Source: a bacterium
GTDB taxonomy: Bacteria; Bacillota_I; Bacilli_A; RF39; UBA660
Reading direction: 5' to 3'
Assembly: GCA_963645945.1 (NCBI GenBank)
Contig: CAVIUA010000024.1
Span: 8,394-72,393 of the forward strand
Length of the DNA: 64,000 nucleotides
A program made the translations under genes and the position numbers. The notes below the pieces were generated by a model, which was given only the letters and a program-made list of their open reading frames with translations, was not told the DNA's origin and made no database searches. Of this stretch, positions 8,242 to 19,477 are shown piece by piece. The number at the start of each line of letters is the position of its first letter. Within the stretch, counting starts at the first letter, position 1.

Positions 8242-9955
8242 TGAGGTAAATTATCGTCTTTCACTATTAGAAAAATCTACTATAGAACCAGATCCAGAAT
8301 TACTATTCTTAAGAGAATTTACTAGTACAACTTCAACAGCTGATATTGAAACCATTAGTAGAATAGATGAAAGCGCTATATTTTTAGCTTACTTAACAGC
8401 TAAAACAAACTTCCAATTTGAAGCCTTAAGAGAAAGAATTGAAGATGTTAAGCCTTTAATAAATGATCCTAACATGACCCAAAAAAAATTAACTAACGTC
8501 TTCTGCGGTATGATTTCTAATTGCGATTTTACAGGACCAACTGAAGCAGCATATAGAACTAGTAAAATAGTTGCAAAAGTAAAAGAATCAGCAAAAGAGA
8601 AAAAGATAATTCAAATATTAAAAGGTAACGATTTATCAGAAGAACTTTTACCATCGGCTAAAGCTATCATTGAACTAGTACTTTTTTTTAATTCAGATAT
8701 TATAGCGGGACGCAGTTTTGATGATGAAGTTACAGATGAACTAAACGAAGCCTTAAGTAAAAGATTAGACATCTTTTCAGATGCATTTATACTTATGGGT
8801 ACTATAAAGAGTGCCAGAGAAATATGCAATGGAACAAGTCCTCATATTTCACTTGTTGATGATAATGACAACGTTGTCTCAATTTATGATGAATCAATTA
8901 CTAAAAAAAATAAAAAATACATACATAAACAAGTAAGTAAACTTACAGATTACAAAACTGTGACAGCTAATTATCATACAATTAGTAAATATCATCAAGA
9001 AAAAGAAAGTAGATTAAATAAAATAATTAAAGGCCGAAATAAAAAAGCTCAGCAATATAGAAACTTTATAGCATCACTTGAAAAAATGGATTTACCTGGC
9101 GAGATAACATCTTATCAAGCATCACTTGAATTTTTACCAGATGAAGATTTAAAACTTGAATTTCTAAGATTTGTCTATGAAAATAATTTAAGAGAAGGAG
9201 AGAAACTCCAAGAAGAATACAATAAAACATTCTCTAAAGGAAGGGCGACTTATGCCAGAATTTTATCTAAACATTCCCTACCTAATAGTGAAGAATTTCT
9301 AGACTGTGTTATTTCAAGGTACACTGAAGAAGAACTAAAAACTGTTTTAGAAGATATTGGAAAACTAGGTATAACTGACATTGATAGCGTCTATCAAGTA
9401 TTATCAACAAGTACCAGTAAAACAATTTCTACATTACGTTCTCTTACTGAAAAAGAAGTAATATCAAAAGACTTTTATAAGACACACATGAGTATTTTTT
9501 CTAGCGAAAGTCCTACTTATAAAACTGCTTTAACAAATATTAATTCTTTTACTGCTTCTGGCCTTAATCCAAAATATTTATTTTTAAATCCAAACATACT
9601 ATTAAGTGATAGCACTTCTCTAAAAAGAAGTATTGAACTACTAAAAGATGAAAACTTGCTTGGCAGTATAACGAAAGATTCTGATATCTCATTCCTAACT
9701 TCTTCTGATTTAGAAGAAAGAGTTAATACTATGATATTTGCTAACTGTTATGGATCAGTATCTGATAACATAGATTTATTAAATTATAGTAGTACTAGAT
9801 GGAAAAGAGTAGTTGTTATGCAAACTATTGATATGCTAGTTGCTAAAGAAGACTTATCTGCCTTCTTAGATAGAGATGATTTCTTTATACCTGACAGTAA
9901 AATAGATAGTTATATACCAACTATACCTAAAATTACTAAGCCAAGCACTAAGTAA
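8219..9955 (+). CDS. Hypothetical 578-aa protein, predicted all-helical, no recognised catalytic motif
   Basis: The long ORF overlaps the previous gene by 23 nt and has an AAAGGA RBS. The C-terminal half has repeating segments of about 30-35 aa of the form L..LG(I/L)..(D/S)....L......L. It shares a transcription unit with the DinG-like helicase. Confidence 0.6.
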   Translation: MTLQEIINEVNYRLSLLEKSTIEPDPELLFLREFTSTTSTADIETISRIDESAIFLAYLTAKTNFQFEALRERIEDVKPLINDPNMTQKKLTNVFCGMISNCDFTGPTEAAYRTSKIVAKVKESAKEKKIIQILKGNDLSEELLPSAKAIIELVLFFNSDIIAGRSFDDEVTDELNEALSKRLDIFSDAFILMGTIKSAREICNGTSPHISLVDDNDNVVSIYDESITKKNKKYIHKQVSKLTDYKTVTANYHTISKYHQEKESRLNKIIKGRNKKAQQYRNFIASLEKMDLPGEITSYQASLEFLPDEDLKLEFLRFVYENNLREGEKLQEEYNKTFSKGRATYARILSKHSLPNSEEFLDCVISRYTEEELKTVLEDIGKLGITDIDSVYQVLSTSTSKTISTLRSLTEKEVISKDFYKTHMSIFSSESPTYKTALTNINSFTASGLNPKYLFLNPNILLSDSTSLKRSIELLKDENLLGSITKDSDISFLTSSDLEERVNTMIFANCYGSVSDNIDLLNYSSTRWKRVVVMQTIDMLVAKEDLSAFLDRDDFFIPDSKIDSYIPTIPKITKPSTK

Positions 9956-9956
9956 A

Positions 9957-9985
9957 GTTGACAGGATAAAATAGTTATGCTATAA
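9957..9985 (+). promoter_or_regulatory. Consensus sigma-A promoter of the rplU operon
   Basis: TTGACA (9957-9962), a 17-nt spacer and TATAAT (9980-9985). Confidence 0.8.
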
Positions 9986-10092
9986 TCTAGATGTTTGACG
10001 CCTCATGCTCAAACCGCATTGAAAAGGTTATAAACAATTTATTGTGCCTTAAGAGCGAGTCTTAAGTTATTAATTAAAGGAGGTAATTATTA
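9986..10092 (+). promoter_or_regulatory. Structured 5' leader of rplU-prp-rpmA (candidate L21 ribosomal-protein leader)
   Basis: The UTR is about 100 nt and carries hairpins gtttga(9993-9998)/tcaaac(10009-10014) and cttaag(10048-10053)/cttaag(10061-10066). Bacillota are known to carry an autoregulatory L21 leader at this position. I did not verify a match to the published consensus. Confidence 0.4.
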
Positions 10093-10395
10093 ATGAACGC
10101 TGTAATTAAAGTTGGTGGAAAGCAATATTACGTACAAGAAAATTCTGAAATTTACGTAGAAAAGCTTGATGCTGAAGCTGGAGACACAGTTAAATTTGAT
10201 CAAGTTTTAATGCTTGACAGTAAAATTGGTAGTCCTTATCTTACTAATGTTACCGTTGAAGGCGAAGTAGTTAAAAATGGTAAACAAAAGAAAATTAAAG
10301 TTTTCAAGTATAAGAGTAAAGACAGATCTAATCGTAAGACTCAAGGACATAGACAACCCTTTACTAAAGTTAAAATCACTAAAATTAACGGTTAA
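10093..10395 (+). CDS. rplU: 50S ribosomal protein L21
   Basis: The N-terminus is [16 protein letters not shown] and the C-terminus is [11 protein letters not shown]. The gene sits in the canonical rplU-prp-rpmA order. Confidence 0.95.
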   Translation: MNAVIKVGGKQYYVQENSEIYVEKLDAEAGDTVKFDQVLMLDSKIGSPYLTNVTVEGEVVKNGKQKKIKVFKYKSKDRSNRKTQGHRQPFTKVKITKING

Positions 10396-10397
10396 TT

Positions 10398-10700
10398 ATG
10401 ATTAAAGTAAAAGTTAAAAAAGATAGTGATATGATAAAATCAGTTTTTATACAAGGTCATGCTATGTATGCTGATTTTGGTAAAGATATTGTTTGTAGTG
10501 CAGTAAGTAGTATTGCAACAACTACAATAAATGGAATTTTATCATTCGATAAGGAAGGTCTAAGTTATGAAGTTAGTGAAGATGGACTAGTAATAAAAGA
10601 TATCAAGATTGATAATATTACTCAAACTTTACTAAATAATATGATTAGTCTTTTAAAAGAGTTGGAAAATGATTATCCAACTAACGTAGAAGTAAAATAA
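10398..10700 (+). CDS. prp: Ribosomal-processing cysteine protease Prp
   Basis: It has the GHA....[10 protein letters not shown] motif and lies between rplU and rpmA. Confidence 0.9.
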   Translation: MIKVKVKKDSDMIKSVFIQGHAMYADFGKDIVCSAVSSIATTTINGILSFDKEGLSYEVSEDGLVIKDIKIDNITQTLLNNMISLLKELENDYPTNVEVK

Positions 10701-10711
10701 GGAGGAGAATT

Positions 10712-11002
10712 ATGAAATTATTAAAATTAGATATCCAATTATTTGCTCATCATAAAGGGCAAGGATCAACATCTAATGGTCGTGATTCTGCAGGACGTAG
10801 ATTAGGAGCTAAAGCTGCTGATGGAGAATTTATAACTGGCGGCAGTATTATATATCGTCAACGTGGAACTAAAGTATTCCCAGGAACTAACGTTCGTCGT
10901 GGAAGCGATGATACTTTATATTCTACTATTGATGGAATTGTTAAGTTTGAACGCTTAGGAAGAGATAAGAAACAAGCTTCAGTATATCCTAAAGAAGCAT
11001 AA
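10712..11002 (+). CDS. rpmA: 50S ribosomal protein L27 with a Prp-cleaved N-terminal extension
   Basis: [11 protein letters not shown]|[15 protein letters not shown] carries the typical Bacillota propeptide ending in F-A. Confidence 0.95.
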   Translation: MKLLKLDIQLFAHHKGQGSTSNGRDSAGRRLGAKAADGEFITGGSIIYRQRGTKVFPGTNVRRGSDDTLYSTIDGIVKFERLGRDKKQASVYPKEA

Positions 11003-11006
11003 ATAT

Positions 11007-11029
11007 GAGCCATGAAGGCTCTTTTTTTT
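11007..11029 (+). terminator. Rho-independent terminator after rpmA
   Basis: gagcc-atgaa-ggctc followed by T8. Confidence 0.6.
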
Positions 11030-11089
11030 GACCTAGATATTTTTTGATAAATTTGCTATACTAAAAAATGAAAAAAGGGAGGCATCAAT

Positions 11090-12364
11090 ATGTTTGTAGA
11101 TGAAGTAGAAATAAAAGTTGAAGCTGGTAACGGAGGCGATGGTTGTACAGCTTTTCGTCGTGAAAAATATATCGAGCAGGGCGGACCATTTGGTGGAAAT
11201 GGTGGCCATGGTGGAGATATAATCTTTAGAGTTGATCAAGGACTACATACACTTCTTGATTTACGTTATCAAAAAGTACTAAAAGCTAAAAAAGGTGAAA
11301 ATGGTCGCGGTAAAAACCAAAATGGTAAAGGAGCTGAACCTTTAGTTATAAAAGTACCTCAAGGTACAGTAGTTACAGATCTTGAGACCGGTTTAGTTTT
11401 AGCAGACCTTTCTAAAAAAGATCAAGAAGAAATAATCGCTAAAGGAGGTCGCGGTGGTAGAGGTAATACTGCTTTTAAAACACAAACTAATACAGCACCA
11501 GATTATTCAGAAAATGGTGAAGAAGGTGAGAAGAAGACTTTAAAAGTAGAAGTAAAATTACTAGCAGACGTTGGATTAGTAGGTCTACCAAGCGTTGGTA
11601 AAAGTACCATTATTTCTGTAATATCAAAATCAAAACCTAAAATAGCAGCATACCATTTCACAACTCTTTCGCCAAACCTAGGTGTAACAAAGTCAACCGA
11701 TGGTAGAAGTTTTGTTGTTGCTGACCTACCAGGATTAATAGAAGGTGCATCTCACGGAGAAGGACTTGGCGATAAATTTCTTCGCCATATTGAAAGAACA
11801 AAAGTAATTGCTCATGTTATTGATATGTCTGGTAGTGAAATGCGTGATCCATATGAAGACTATCTTTTGATAAATAAAGAACTAGAAGAATTTAATCCTA
11901 AACTATTAAAAAAACCACAAATAATCATTGCTAATAAAATGGATTTAGACAGTGCCAAAGAAAACTTAGAAAAATTTAAGAAAAAAGTTGATGCCGAAAT
12001 ATTTGAAATAAGTGCCGCAACTCATACTGGCCTTCAAAAAGTAGTAGATCATCTTGCTGAATTATTAGATGAAATACCAGATAATCCATTATATGAAGAT
12101 ACCGAAATAGAAAGTCATTTCTTATACAAATTTAAAAAAGAAGAACCATATACTATTACTAGAGATTCTGATGGTACCTGGGTAATATCTGGTAAAGAAG
12201 TAGAAAGAATATTTAAAATGACAAAATTCAATAGTGAAGAAGCAATTTATCGCTTTGCTAAGAAACTACGTCGCCTAGGAATTGATGCTAAATTAGAAAG
12301 CCTAGGAGCAACAAATGGTGACCAAGTACGTATTCTAGATTTCTACTTTGATTATAAAGATTAA
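11090..12364 (+). CDS. obg: GTPase Obg/CgtA
   Basis: The N-terminus is MFVDEVEIKVEAGNGGDGCTAFRREKY. G-motifs are GLPSVGKST and DLPGLIEGA, and there is a C-terminal OCT domain. Confidence 0.95.
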   Translation: MFVDEVEIKVEAGNGGDGCTAFRREKYIEQGGPFGGNGGHGGDIIFRVDQGLHTLLDLRYQKVLKAKKGENGRGKNQNGKGAEPLVIKVPQGTVVTDLETGLVLADLSKKDQEEIIAKGGRGGRGNTAFKTQTNTAPDYSENGEEGEKKTLKVEVKLLADVGLVGLPSVGKSTIISVISKSKPKIAAYHFTTLSPNLGVTKSTDGRSFVVADLPGLIEGASHGEGLGDKFLRHIERTKVIAHVIDMSGSEMRDPYEDYLLINKELEEFNPKLLKKPQIIIANKMDLDSAKENLEKFKKKVDAEIFEISAATHTGLQKVVDHLAELLDEIPDNPLYEDTEIESHFLYKFKKEEPYTITRDSDGTWVISGKEVERIFKMTKFNSEEAIYRFAKKLRRLGIDAKLESLGATNGDQVRILDFYFDYKD

Positions 12365-12377
12365 AGAGGTTGATTAT

Positions 12378-13052
12378 ATGTTAACTATAAGTACATTTAA
12401 TATTCAAAATAAAGAAGATAAAAATAAGCTTAAATTCATTAAAAATTATCTCATCGATAACAGCATAGATATTTTAAATTTACAAGAAGCTTATCCAAAA
12501 TTCATGAGAAAATTTCAAAGTGACTTAAAAGATTATAAAGTAACAGGAAATTATAGATATTTATACTTTCCTAAAATAAATGAATCAAATCCTATCATTA
12601 CAAATAAAAAAGTATTATATAGTAAAACATATCGACTTCCACATCTTCCATCATTATTAAAAAGAATAATTACTAAAACAGTTGTTATTATAGATGATAA
12701 AGAAATATCAATATACAATACTCATCTAGACTATAAATACTTATCTGTAAAAAAACGTCAATTAGATAAAATTTTAGAAATATTAAAAAAAGATAAAAAT
12801 CCCATAATTTTAACTGGTGATTTTAATCTAAAAAATAACAAAGAAATATTTAATGATTTTACTGCAAAATTAGAAAGACTTAATATATATCGTGTCTCAA
12901 TTGATGAAAAAACCTTTAAGCCATCTAAATATAAAAGAGCAATAGATCATATATTCTTATCAAAAGAATTTAAATTGGTCGATAAAAATGTCGTTAAAGA
13001 TATAAAAACAAGTGATCATTATCCAGTATTAATAAAAGTATTAATTGATTAA
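12378..13052 (+). CDS. Endonuclease/exonuclease/phosphatase (EEP) family protein
   Basis: Motifs are STFNIQN...LNLQE...GDFN...SDHYPV. I placed the start at ATG 12378 behind an AAGAGG RBS. The ORF-track start 12348 overlaps obg. Confidence 0.75.
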   Translation: MLTISTFNIQNKEDKNKLKFIKNYLIDNSIDILNLQEAYPKFMRKFQSDLKDYKVTGNYRYLYFPKINESNPIITNKKVLYSKTYRLPHLPSLLKRIITKTVVIIDDKEISIYNTHLDYKYLSVKKRQLDKILEILKKDKNPIILTGDFNLKNNKEIFNDFTAKLERLNIYRVSIDEKTFKPSKYKRAIDHIFLSKEFKLVDKNVVKDIKTSDHYPVLIKVLID

Positions 13053-13126
13053 ATAAAAAAAAGTAATTGCTTACAAATAAATTTATGATATAATTTAAAT
13101 AGATTAAGATTGCGAAGGTGAAAAAT

Positions 13127-14032
13127 ATGTACGATGTTAAATTTTTAATATCAAACGGAGTAGATGTAAATAAAAGTTTGGAATTATTTGGTGATATAGA
13201 TACTTACAATGATACAGTTGGTGAATTTTTGGTAAGTGCTAAGGAAAAAATGGCTAAGCTTCAAAAATATAAAGATGATAAGGATATGCCTAATTATGCG
13301 ATTTATGTTCATTCATTAAAAAGTGATGCTAAATACTTTGGATTTACAAAGTTAGCAGATTTAGCATATGACCAAGAGTTAAAGAGTAAAGAAGGAGATA
13401 TGTTCTATATATATGAACATTATCAAGAATTAATTGATGAAGTAGAAAAAACTATAAATATTGTTAAAAAATATATTTCTCCCGAATCAGAAGTTGCTCA
13501 AAGTGATGAAAAAAATTCAACAGCAACAAGTACAACAGTATCTCCAGAAGAAGTAGCATCTGTTGCATCTGCACAAACTCCAGCACCAGCTTCTGCTACG
13601 ACATTACCAACATCATCTAATATTGAGCCAGCTGAAGTATATTCACAAAAGACAATTCTTGTAGTTGATGATTCTAATATTATTAGAAATTTCGTAAAAA
13701 GAATATTTAGTGAAAACTATAACATTGGTATGGCAAAAGATGGAGAAGAGGCTTTAAATATTATAAAAGCTAATGTTTCAAATGAAAATATAGTAGCAAT
13801 TCTACTAGATTTAAATATGCCAAAAGTAGATGGCTTTGCTGTATTGACATATATGAATGAACATCAATTATTCAGTAGTATGCCAGTTTCAATAATATCT
13901 GGTGACTCATCAAAAGATACAATTAACAAAGCTTTTACATATCCAATTATTGATATGTTAGGCAAACCATTTACAGAAGCAGATGTAAAAAGAGTAATTG
14001 AAAAGACAATGTATTTTAAAGAAAATATGTAA
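13127..14032 (+). CDS. Hpt (histidine phosphotransfer) domain plus receiver (REC) domain protein, no output domain
   Basis: The Hpt motif is YVHSLKSDAKYFG, followed by an S/T/A/P linker. REC motifs are ILVVDDS...LLDLNMPKVDG...GKPF. I preferred ATG 13127 (GAAGGTG RBS) over GTG 13118. Confidence 0.75.
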   Translation: MYDVKFLISNGVDVNKSLELFGDIDTYNDTVGEFLVSAKEKMAKLQKYKDDKDMPNYAIYVHSLKSDAKYFGFTKLADLAYDQELKSKEGDMFYIYEHYQELIDEVEKTINIVKKYISPESEVAQSDEKNSTATSTTVSPEEVASVASAQTPAPASATTLPTSSNIEPAEVYSQKTILVVDDSNIIRNFVKRIFSENYNIGMAKDGEEALNIIKANVSNENIVAILLDLNMPKVDGFAVLTYMNEHQLFSSMPVSIISGDSSKDTINKAFTYPIIDMLGKPFTEADVKRVIEKTMYFKENM

Positions 14033-14037
14033 AAAAT

Positions 14038-14064
14038 AAAGAAGTAGCTTTACTTCTTTTTAAT
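14038..14064. terminator. Bidirectional terminator between convergent genes
   Basis: aaagaagta-gctt-tacttcttt forms a 9-bp stem flanked by an A-run and a T-run. It overlaps the stop of the minus-strand gene. Confidence 0.65.
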
Positions 14065-14376
14065 TTCTAACTTATCACCAAGTTTTATATCTTTAGTACT
14101 ACCAGTAGGAAAAAGATAAATTTTCTTTACTTTTCTCTTTGGAAGAATTATTCTTTCTGAAGGAAATTGTTGATACATCTTTAAAATTACATCATCATCA
14201 TCCGTCATCACAACATCAACTCTTTGACAATACATATAAGTAGATAAAGATTTTTTCTTCATAAGAATAACATAATCTTGCATTGGCTCTAATACAAACT
14301 TAAGGCTTTTAAATTTTTCCCAAAAAGTATTTAACTCATTTATTTCAAATTTTTTCTTTTTAATTTTTACATACAT
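14050..14376 (-). CDS. DUF192-family small protein
   Basis: The pattern F..FKSLKF......D.VILMKK..S..TYMYCQRVDVVMTDDDD.V......P.........KKIYLFPTG......GDKLEI resembles Firmicute DUF192 proteins. I chose ATG 14376 (GGTGA RBS 5 nt upstream, TATAAT further up) over the TTG at 14412 used by the ORF track. Confidence 0.55.
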   Translation of the reverse strand: MYVKIKKKKFEINELNTFWEKFKSLKFVLEPMQDYVILMKKKSLSTYMYCQRVDVVMTDDDDVILKMYQQFPSERIILPKRKVKKIYLFPTGSTKDIKLGDKLEIKKK

Positions 14377-14483
14377 AATATCACCATCTAATAAACTGAT
14401 TATAACATACAAAAATAATTGTTAAAAGCTTTAACTATTAAAAAAAATATGATATTATATAAAAGAAATGAGGAGGTATAAGT

Positions 14484-15206
14484 ATGAGTGGACATTCAAA
14501 ATGGGCAACAATTCATCGAAAAAAAGGTTTGTTAGATGCTGCTAGAGGTAAAGTTTTTCAAAAACTAGCTAAAGAAATTATGGTAGCAGCTAAGGCGGGA
14601 AGTCCTGATCCAAGCCAAAATGCAGCGTTAAGATTGGCTGTAGATAAAGCAAAAGCTCAAAACATGCCAAAAGATAATATTCAAAAAGCAATTGAAAAAG
14701 CAACCGGTGGTGCAGATGGAGCAAACTATGAAAGCATACGTTATGAAGGATATGGACCTGGTGGAGTAGCTTTTATGGTAGACTGCTTAACAGATAATCG
14801 TAATAGAACAGCTTCTCAAGTTAGAAGTGCCTTTACAAAAGCCGCTGGTAATTTAGGAACAGATGGTTCTGTAAGTTACATGTTTGAGCGTCGCGGTTCA
14901 ATTGTTATACCAGCTGATTATGATGAAGATACTATGATGATGACTTCACTTGATGCCGGAGCAATGGATTTCGAAAAAGTAGAAAATACTTACGTTATCA
15001 CAACGGATACAACTAACTTTGTTCCAGTAAAAGAAGCATTAGAAAAAGAAAATGTAAAAGAGTTCTTAGAATGTGAACTAACATATATACCAAATATGGA
15101 AGTAGAACTAGATGAAGAAGGACAAGAAAAAGTAATGAAATTAGTTGACACATTAGAAGATTTAGACGATGTACAAGATGTATATTATAATTTAAAAGAA
15201 GACTAA
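14484..15206 (+). CDS. yebC: YebC/PmpR-family DNA-binding regulator
   Basis: The N-terminus MSGHSKWATIHRKKG is diagnostic. Confidence 0.9.
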   Translation: MSGHSKWATIHRKKGLLDAARGKVFQKLAKEIMVAAKAGSPDPSQNAALRLAVDKAKAQNMPKDNIQKAIEKATGGADGANYESIRYEGYGPGGVAFMVDCLTDNRNRTASQVRSAFTKAAGNLGTDGSVSYMFERRGSIVIPADYDEDTMMMTSLDAGAMDFEKVENTYVITTDTTNFVPVKEALEKENVKEFLECELTYIPNMEVELDEEGQEKVMKLVDTLEDLDDVQDVYYNLKED

Positions 15207-15216
15207 TATGCCAATA

Positions 15217-15240
15217 TAGAGCCTTAATAGCTCTTTTTTC
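15217..15240 (+). terminator. Rho-independent terminator after yebC
   Basis: agagc-cttaata-gctct followed by T6. Confidence 0.55.
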
Positions 15241-15279
15241 TTTTTTAGTTTTAGTATATAATAAGTATGGAGTGATTTT

Positions 15280-15843
15280 ATGTATGACTATATAATAGGA
15301 ACAGTAGCAAGTATTAAAAATAATGCCATTGTTTTAGATAATTCAGGTATTGGATATTTAATTTATGTATCTAATCCATATTCATTTGAAGAAGAAAAAG
15401 AATATAAAGTTTATATTTATCAACAAATTAAAGAAGATGAAAATAGTCTTTTCGGCTTTAAAAATTTAGCTGAAAAAGAATTGTTCCTAAAACTAATTAG
15501 TGTTAAAGGACTAGGTTGTAAAATGACTTTACCAATGTTAGCTTTAGGAAATGTAGAAGGAATAATGGATGCCATTGAAAGAGAAAATATTTTATATTTA
15601 AAGAAGTTCCCTAAAATAGGTGAAAAACTAGCTCGTCAAATTATCCTAGATTTAAAAGGAAAACTAGAGTTCATTGGCGTTGGTATTTCCGATGATGAAG
15701 TAAATAATGCTGAAGAGTTGAAAGAAGTATTAATAGGGTTAGGTTATAAAGATAAAGAAATTAAAGGTGTTATCTCTAAAGTTAATAAAGATGCCTCAAT
15801 TGAAGAACAAGTAAAAGAAGCCTTAAGATTATTGTTGAAATAG
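15280..15843 (+). CDS. ruvA: Holliday junction helicase subunit RuvA
   Basis: The N-terminus is MYDYIIGTV. HhH motifs are [13 protein letters not shown] and [19 protein letters not shown]. It lies immediately upstream of ruvB. Confidence 0.9.
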   Translation: MYDYIIGTVASIKNNAIVLDNSGIGYLIYVSNPYSFEEEKEYKVYIYQQIKEDENSLFGFKNLAEKELFLKLISVKGLGCKMTLPMLALGNVEGIMDAIERENILYLKKFPKIGEKLARQIILDLKGKLEFIGVGISDDEVNNAEELKEVLIGLGYKDKEIKGVISKVNKDASIEEQVKEALRLLLK

Positions 15844-15856
15844 GAGGGAAAGTATT

Positions 15857-16858
15857 ATGGAAAACGAAAGCGTTATAAAAAAATATTCACTTGAAGATGA
15901 CCAAGTAATAGATAATACAATTCGTCCGGAAACAATTGAAGAATACATTGGCCAAAGTGAAGTAAAAGAAAATATTAAAGTCTTTGTTGAAGCTGCTAAA
16001 ATAAGAAATGAAGCCTTAGACCATGTTTTATTATATGGACCTCCAGGGCTTGGTAAAACAACGTTAGCTTTTATTATTGCTCATGAATTAGGTACAAAAA
16101 TAAAAACAGCTTCCGGTCCAAGTATTGAAAAAACAGGTGATTTAGCCGCTATACTTTCATCACTTGAACCAGGTGATGTCTTATTCATTGATGAAATTCA
16201 TAGAATGCCAAGATATATTGAAGAAGTATTATATCCAGCTATGGAAGACTTTTCTCTTGATATTATCGTTGGTAGTGAAGGTAACACTAGAAATATAAAA
16301 ATAGATTTACCACCATTTACTCTTGTCGGAGCAACGACTCGTGCCGGGGATCTATCAGCTCCGTTACGTGACCGTTTTGGTATTATTTCAAAATTACAAT
16401 TCTATACAACAGAAGAGTTAACTGAAATAGTAAAAAGGACATCTCGTGTTTTAAATATGGAAATAGATGATGATGCCGCTTGTGAATTAGCTAAACGCAG
16501 TAGAGGAACACCAAGAATCGCTAATAGATTATTTAAAAGAGTTAGAGATTTTGCACTTGTAAAAGGTACAGGCAAAATAGATTTAGACATAACCAAAGAG
16601 TCTCTTGAAAGACTTCATATCGATAAAATTGGCCTAGATAAAACTGACCATGACTTGTTACTAGCCATTATTAATAAATTTAATGCTGGCCCAGTTGGAA
16701 TAGAAGCTCTTAGTAGTTCTATCGGTGAAGAAGTAACGACAATAGAAGATGTATATGAACCATACTTATTACAAACAGGCTTATTAAAAAGAACTGCTAG
16801 AGGACGTATGGTAACAGATAAAGCCTATGAAATATTAGGCATAGAAATAAAAAAATAA
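15857..16858 (+). CDS. ruvB: Holliday junction helicase RuvB
   Basis: Motifs are [12 protein letters not shown], the Walker [12 protein letters not shown], and LFIDEIHR...[10 protein letters not shown]. Confidence 0.95.
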   Translation: MENESVIKKYSLEDDQVIDNTIRPETIEEYIGQSEVKENIKVFVEAAKIRNEALDHVLLYGPPGLGKTTLAFIIAHELGTKIKTASGPSIEKTGDLAAILSSLEPGDVLFIDEIHRMPRYIEEVLYPAMEDFSLDIIVGSEGNTRNIKIDLPPFTLVGATTRAGDLSAPLRDRFGIISKLQFYTTEELTEIVKRTSRVLNMEIDDDAACELAKRSRGTPRIANRLFKRVRDFALVKGTGKIDLDITKESLERLHIDKIGLDKTDHDLLLAIINKFNAGPVGIEALSSSIGEEVTTIEDVYEPYLLQTGLLKRTARGRMVTDKAYEILGIEIKK

Positions 16859-16871
16859 CAGGAGGTATTAT

Positions 16872-19033
<2,162 letters not shown>

Positions 19034-19044
19034 AATTATTCTTT

Positions 19045-19350
19045 TTATATGTAAAAAATAGGCTTATTAGTAGCTTCAGTTTGAATAGTAGTAGTAACAC
19101 TATTAGTATTAGTAGTATCATCAACTATTACTGGTCTTCGTAATTCATCAGCTATTTTAAATATTGTTTTAGCATTATTTAATATTGGCTTAACTTGATT
19201 AACAATTGGAATAGCTTGATTTATTACACCCAAGGTTTTTTGTGTACCATCCAAAAATGTACTAAAATTAAATCCTTTGGCAAGACCAGCCCATCTGCTA
19301 AATAAACTAGCTCTTGGATATGGATAGTTAAACATAGTCCACCTCTTCAT
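19045..19350 (-). CDS. YqfQ-like small protein
   Basis: FSTFLDGTQKTLGVINQAIPIVNQVKPILNNAKTIFKI resembles the conserved core of B. subtilis YqfQ-type proteins (..FL.NTQKVLNTAQQIGPMVQQYGPIVKNLP). Confidence 0.5.
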   Translation of the reverse strand: MKRWTMFNYPYPRASLFSRWAGLAKGFNFSTFLDGTQKTLGVINQAIPIVNQVKPILNNAKTIFKIADELRRPVIVDDTTNTNSVTTTIQTEATNKPIFYI

Positions 19351-19477
19351 TCATAATATATGTCAAAGGAAATAAAAAGTTAAATAATTTATTTTCAAAA
19401 CTAAAAACCTATGTTAAAATATTAATAGTATAGAATAAAAAGATTTTATTCAATAGAAAGGTTTACGGTGATATTAG

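Noticed and set aside
8611-8829. Short antisense or alternative-frame ORFs (60-106 aa) in the ORF track that lie entirely inside well-supported genes. Examples are 8611-8829, 11033-11239, 16402-16596, 21509-21733, 22333-22608, 24916-25155, 27576-27863, 28301-28579, 29847-30032, 30602-31140, 31602-32618, 34938-35229, 35459-35665, 36959-37316, 39041-39355, 40395-40657, 41917-42466, 42940-43137, 43251-44037, 45560-45754, 47607-47795, 56868-58131, 59396-60036, 61879-62070, 62550-62771 and 63447-63827.
   Set aside because: They have no RBS and low-complexity, hydrophobic or Ser/Leu/Phe/Ile-rich composition, which is typical of the reverse frames of AT-rich coding DNA. Each overlaps a gene with clear family motifs on the other strand or frame.
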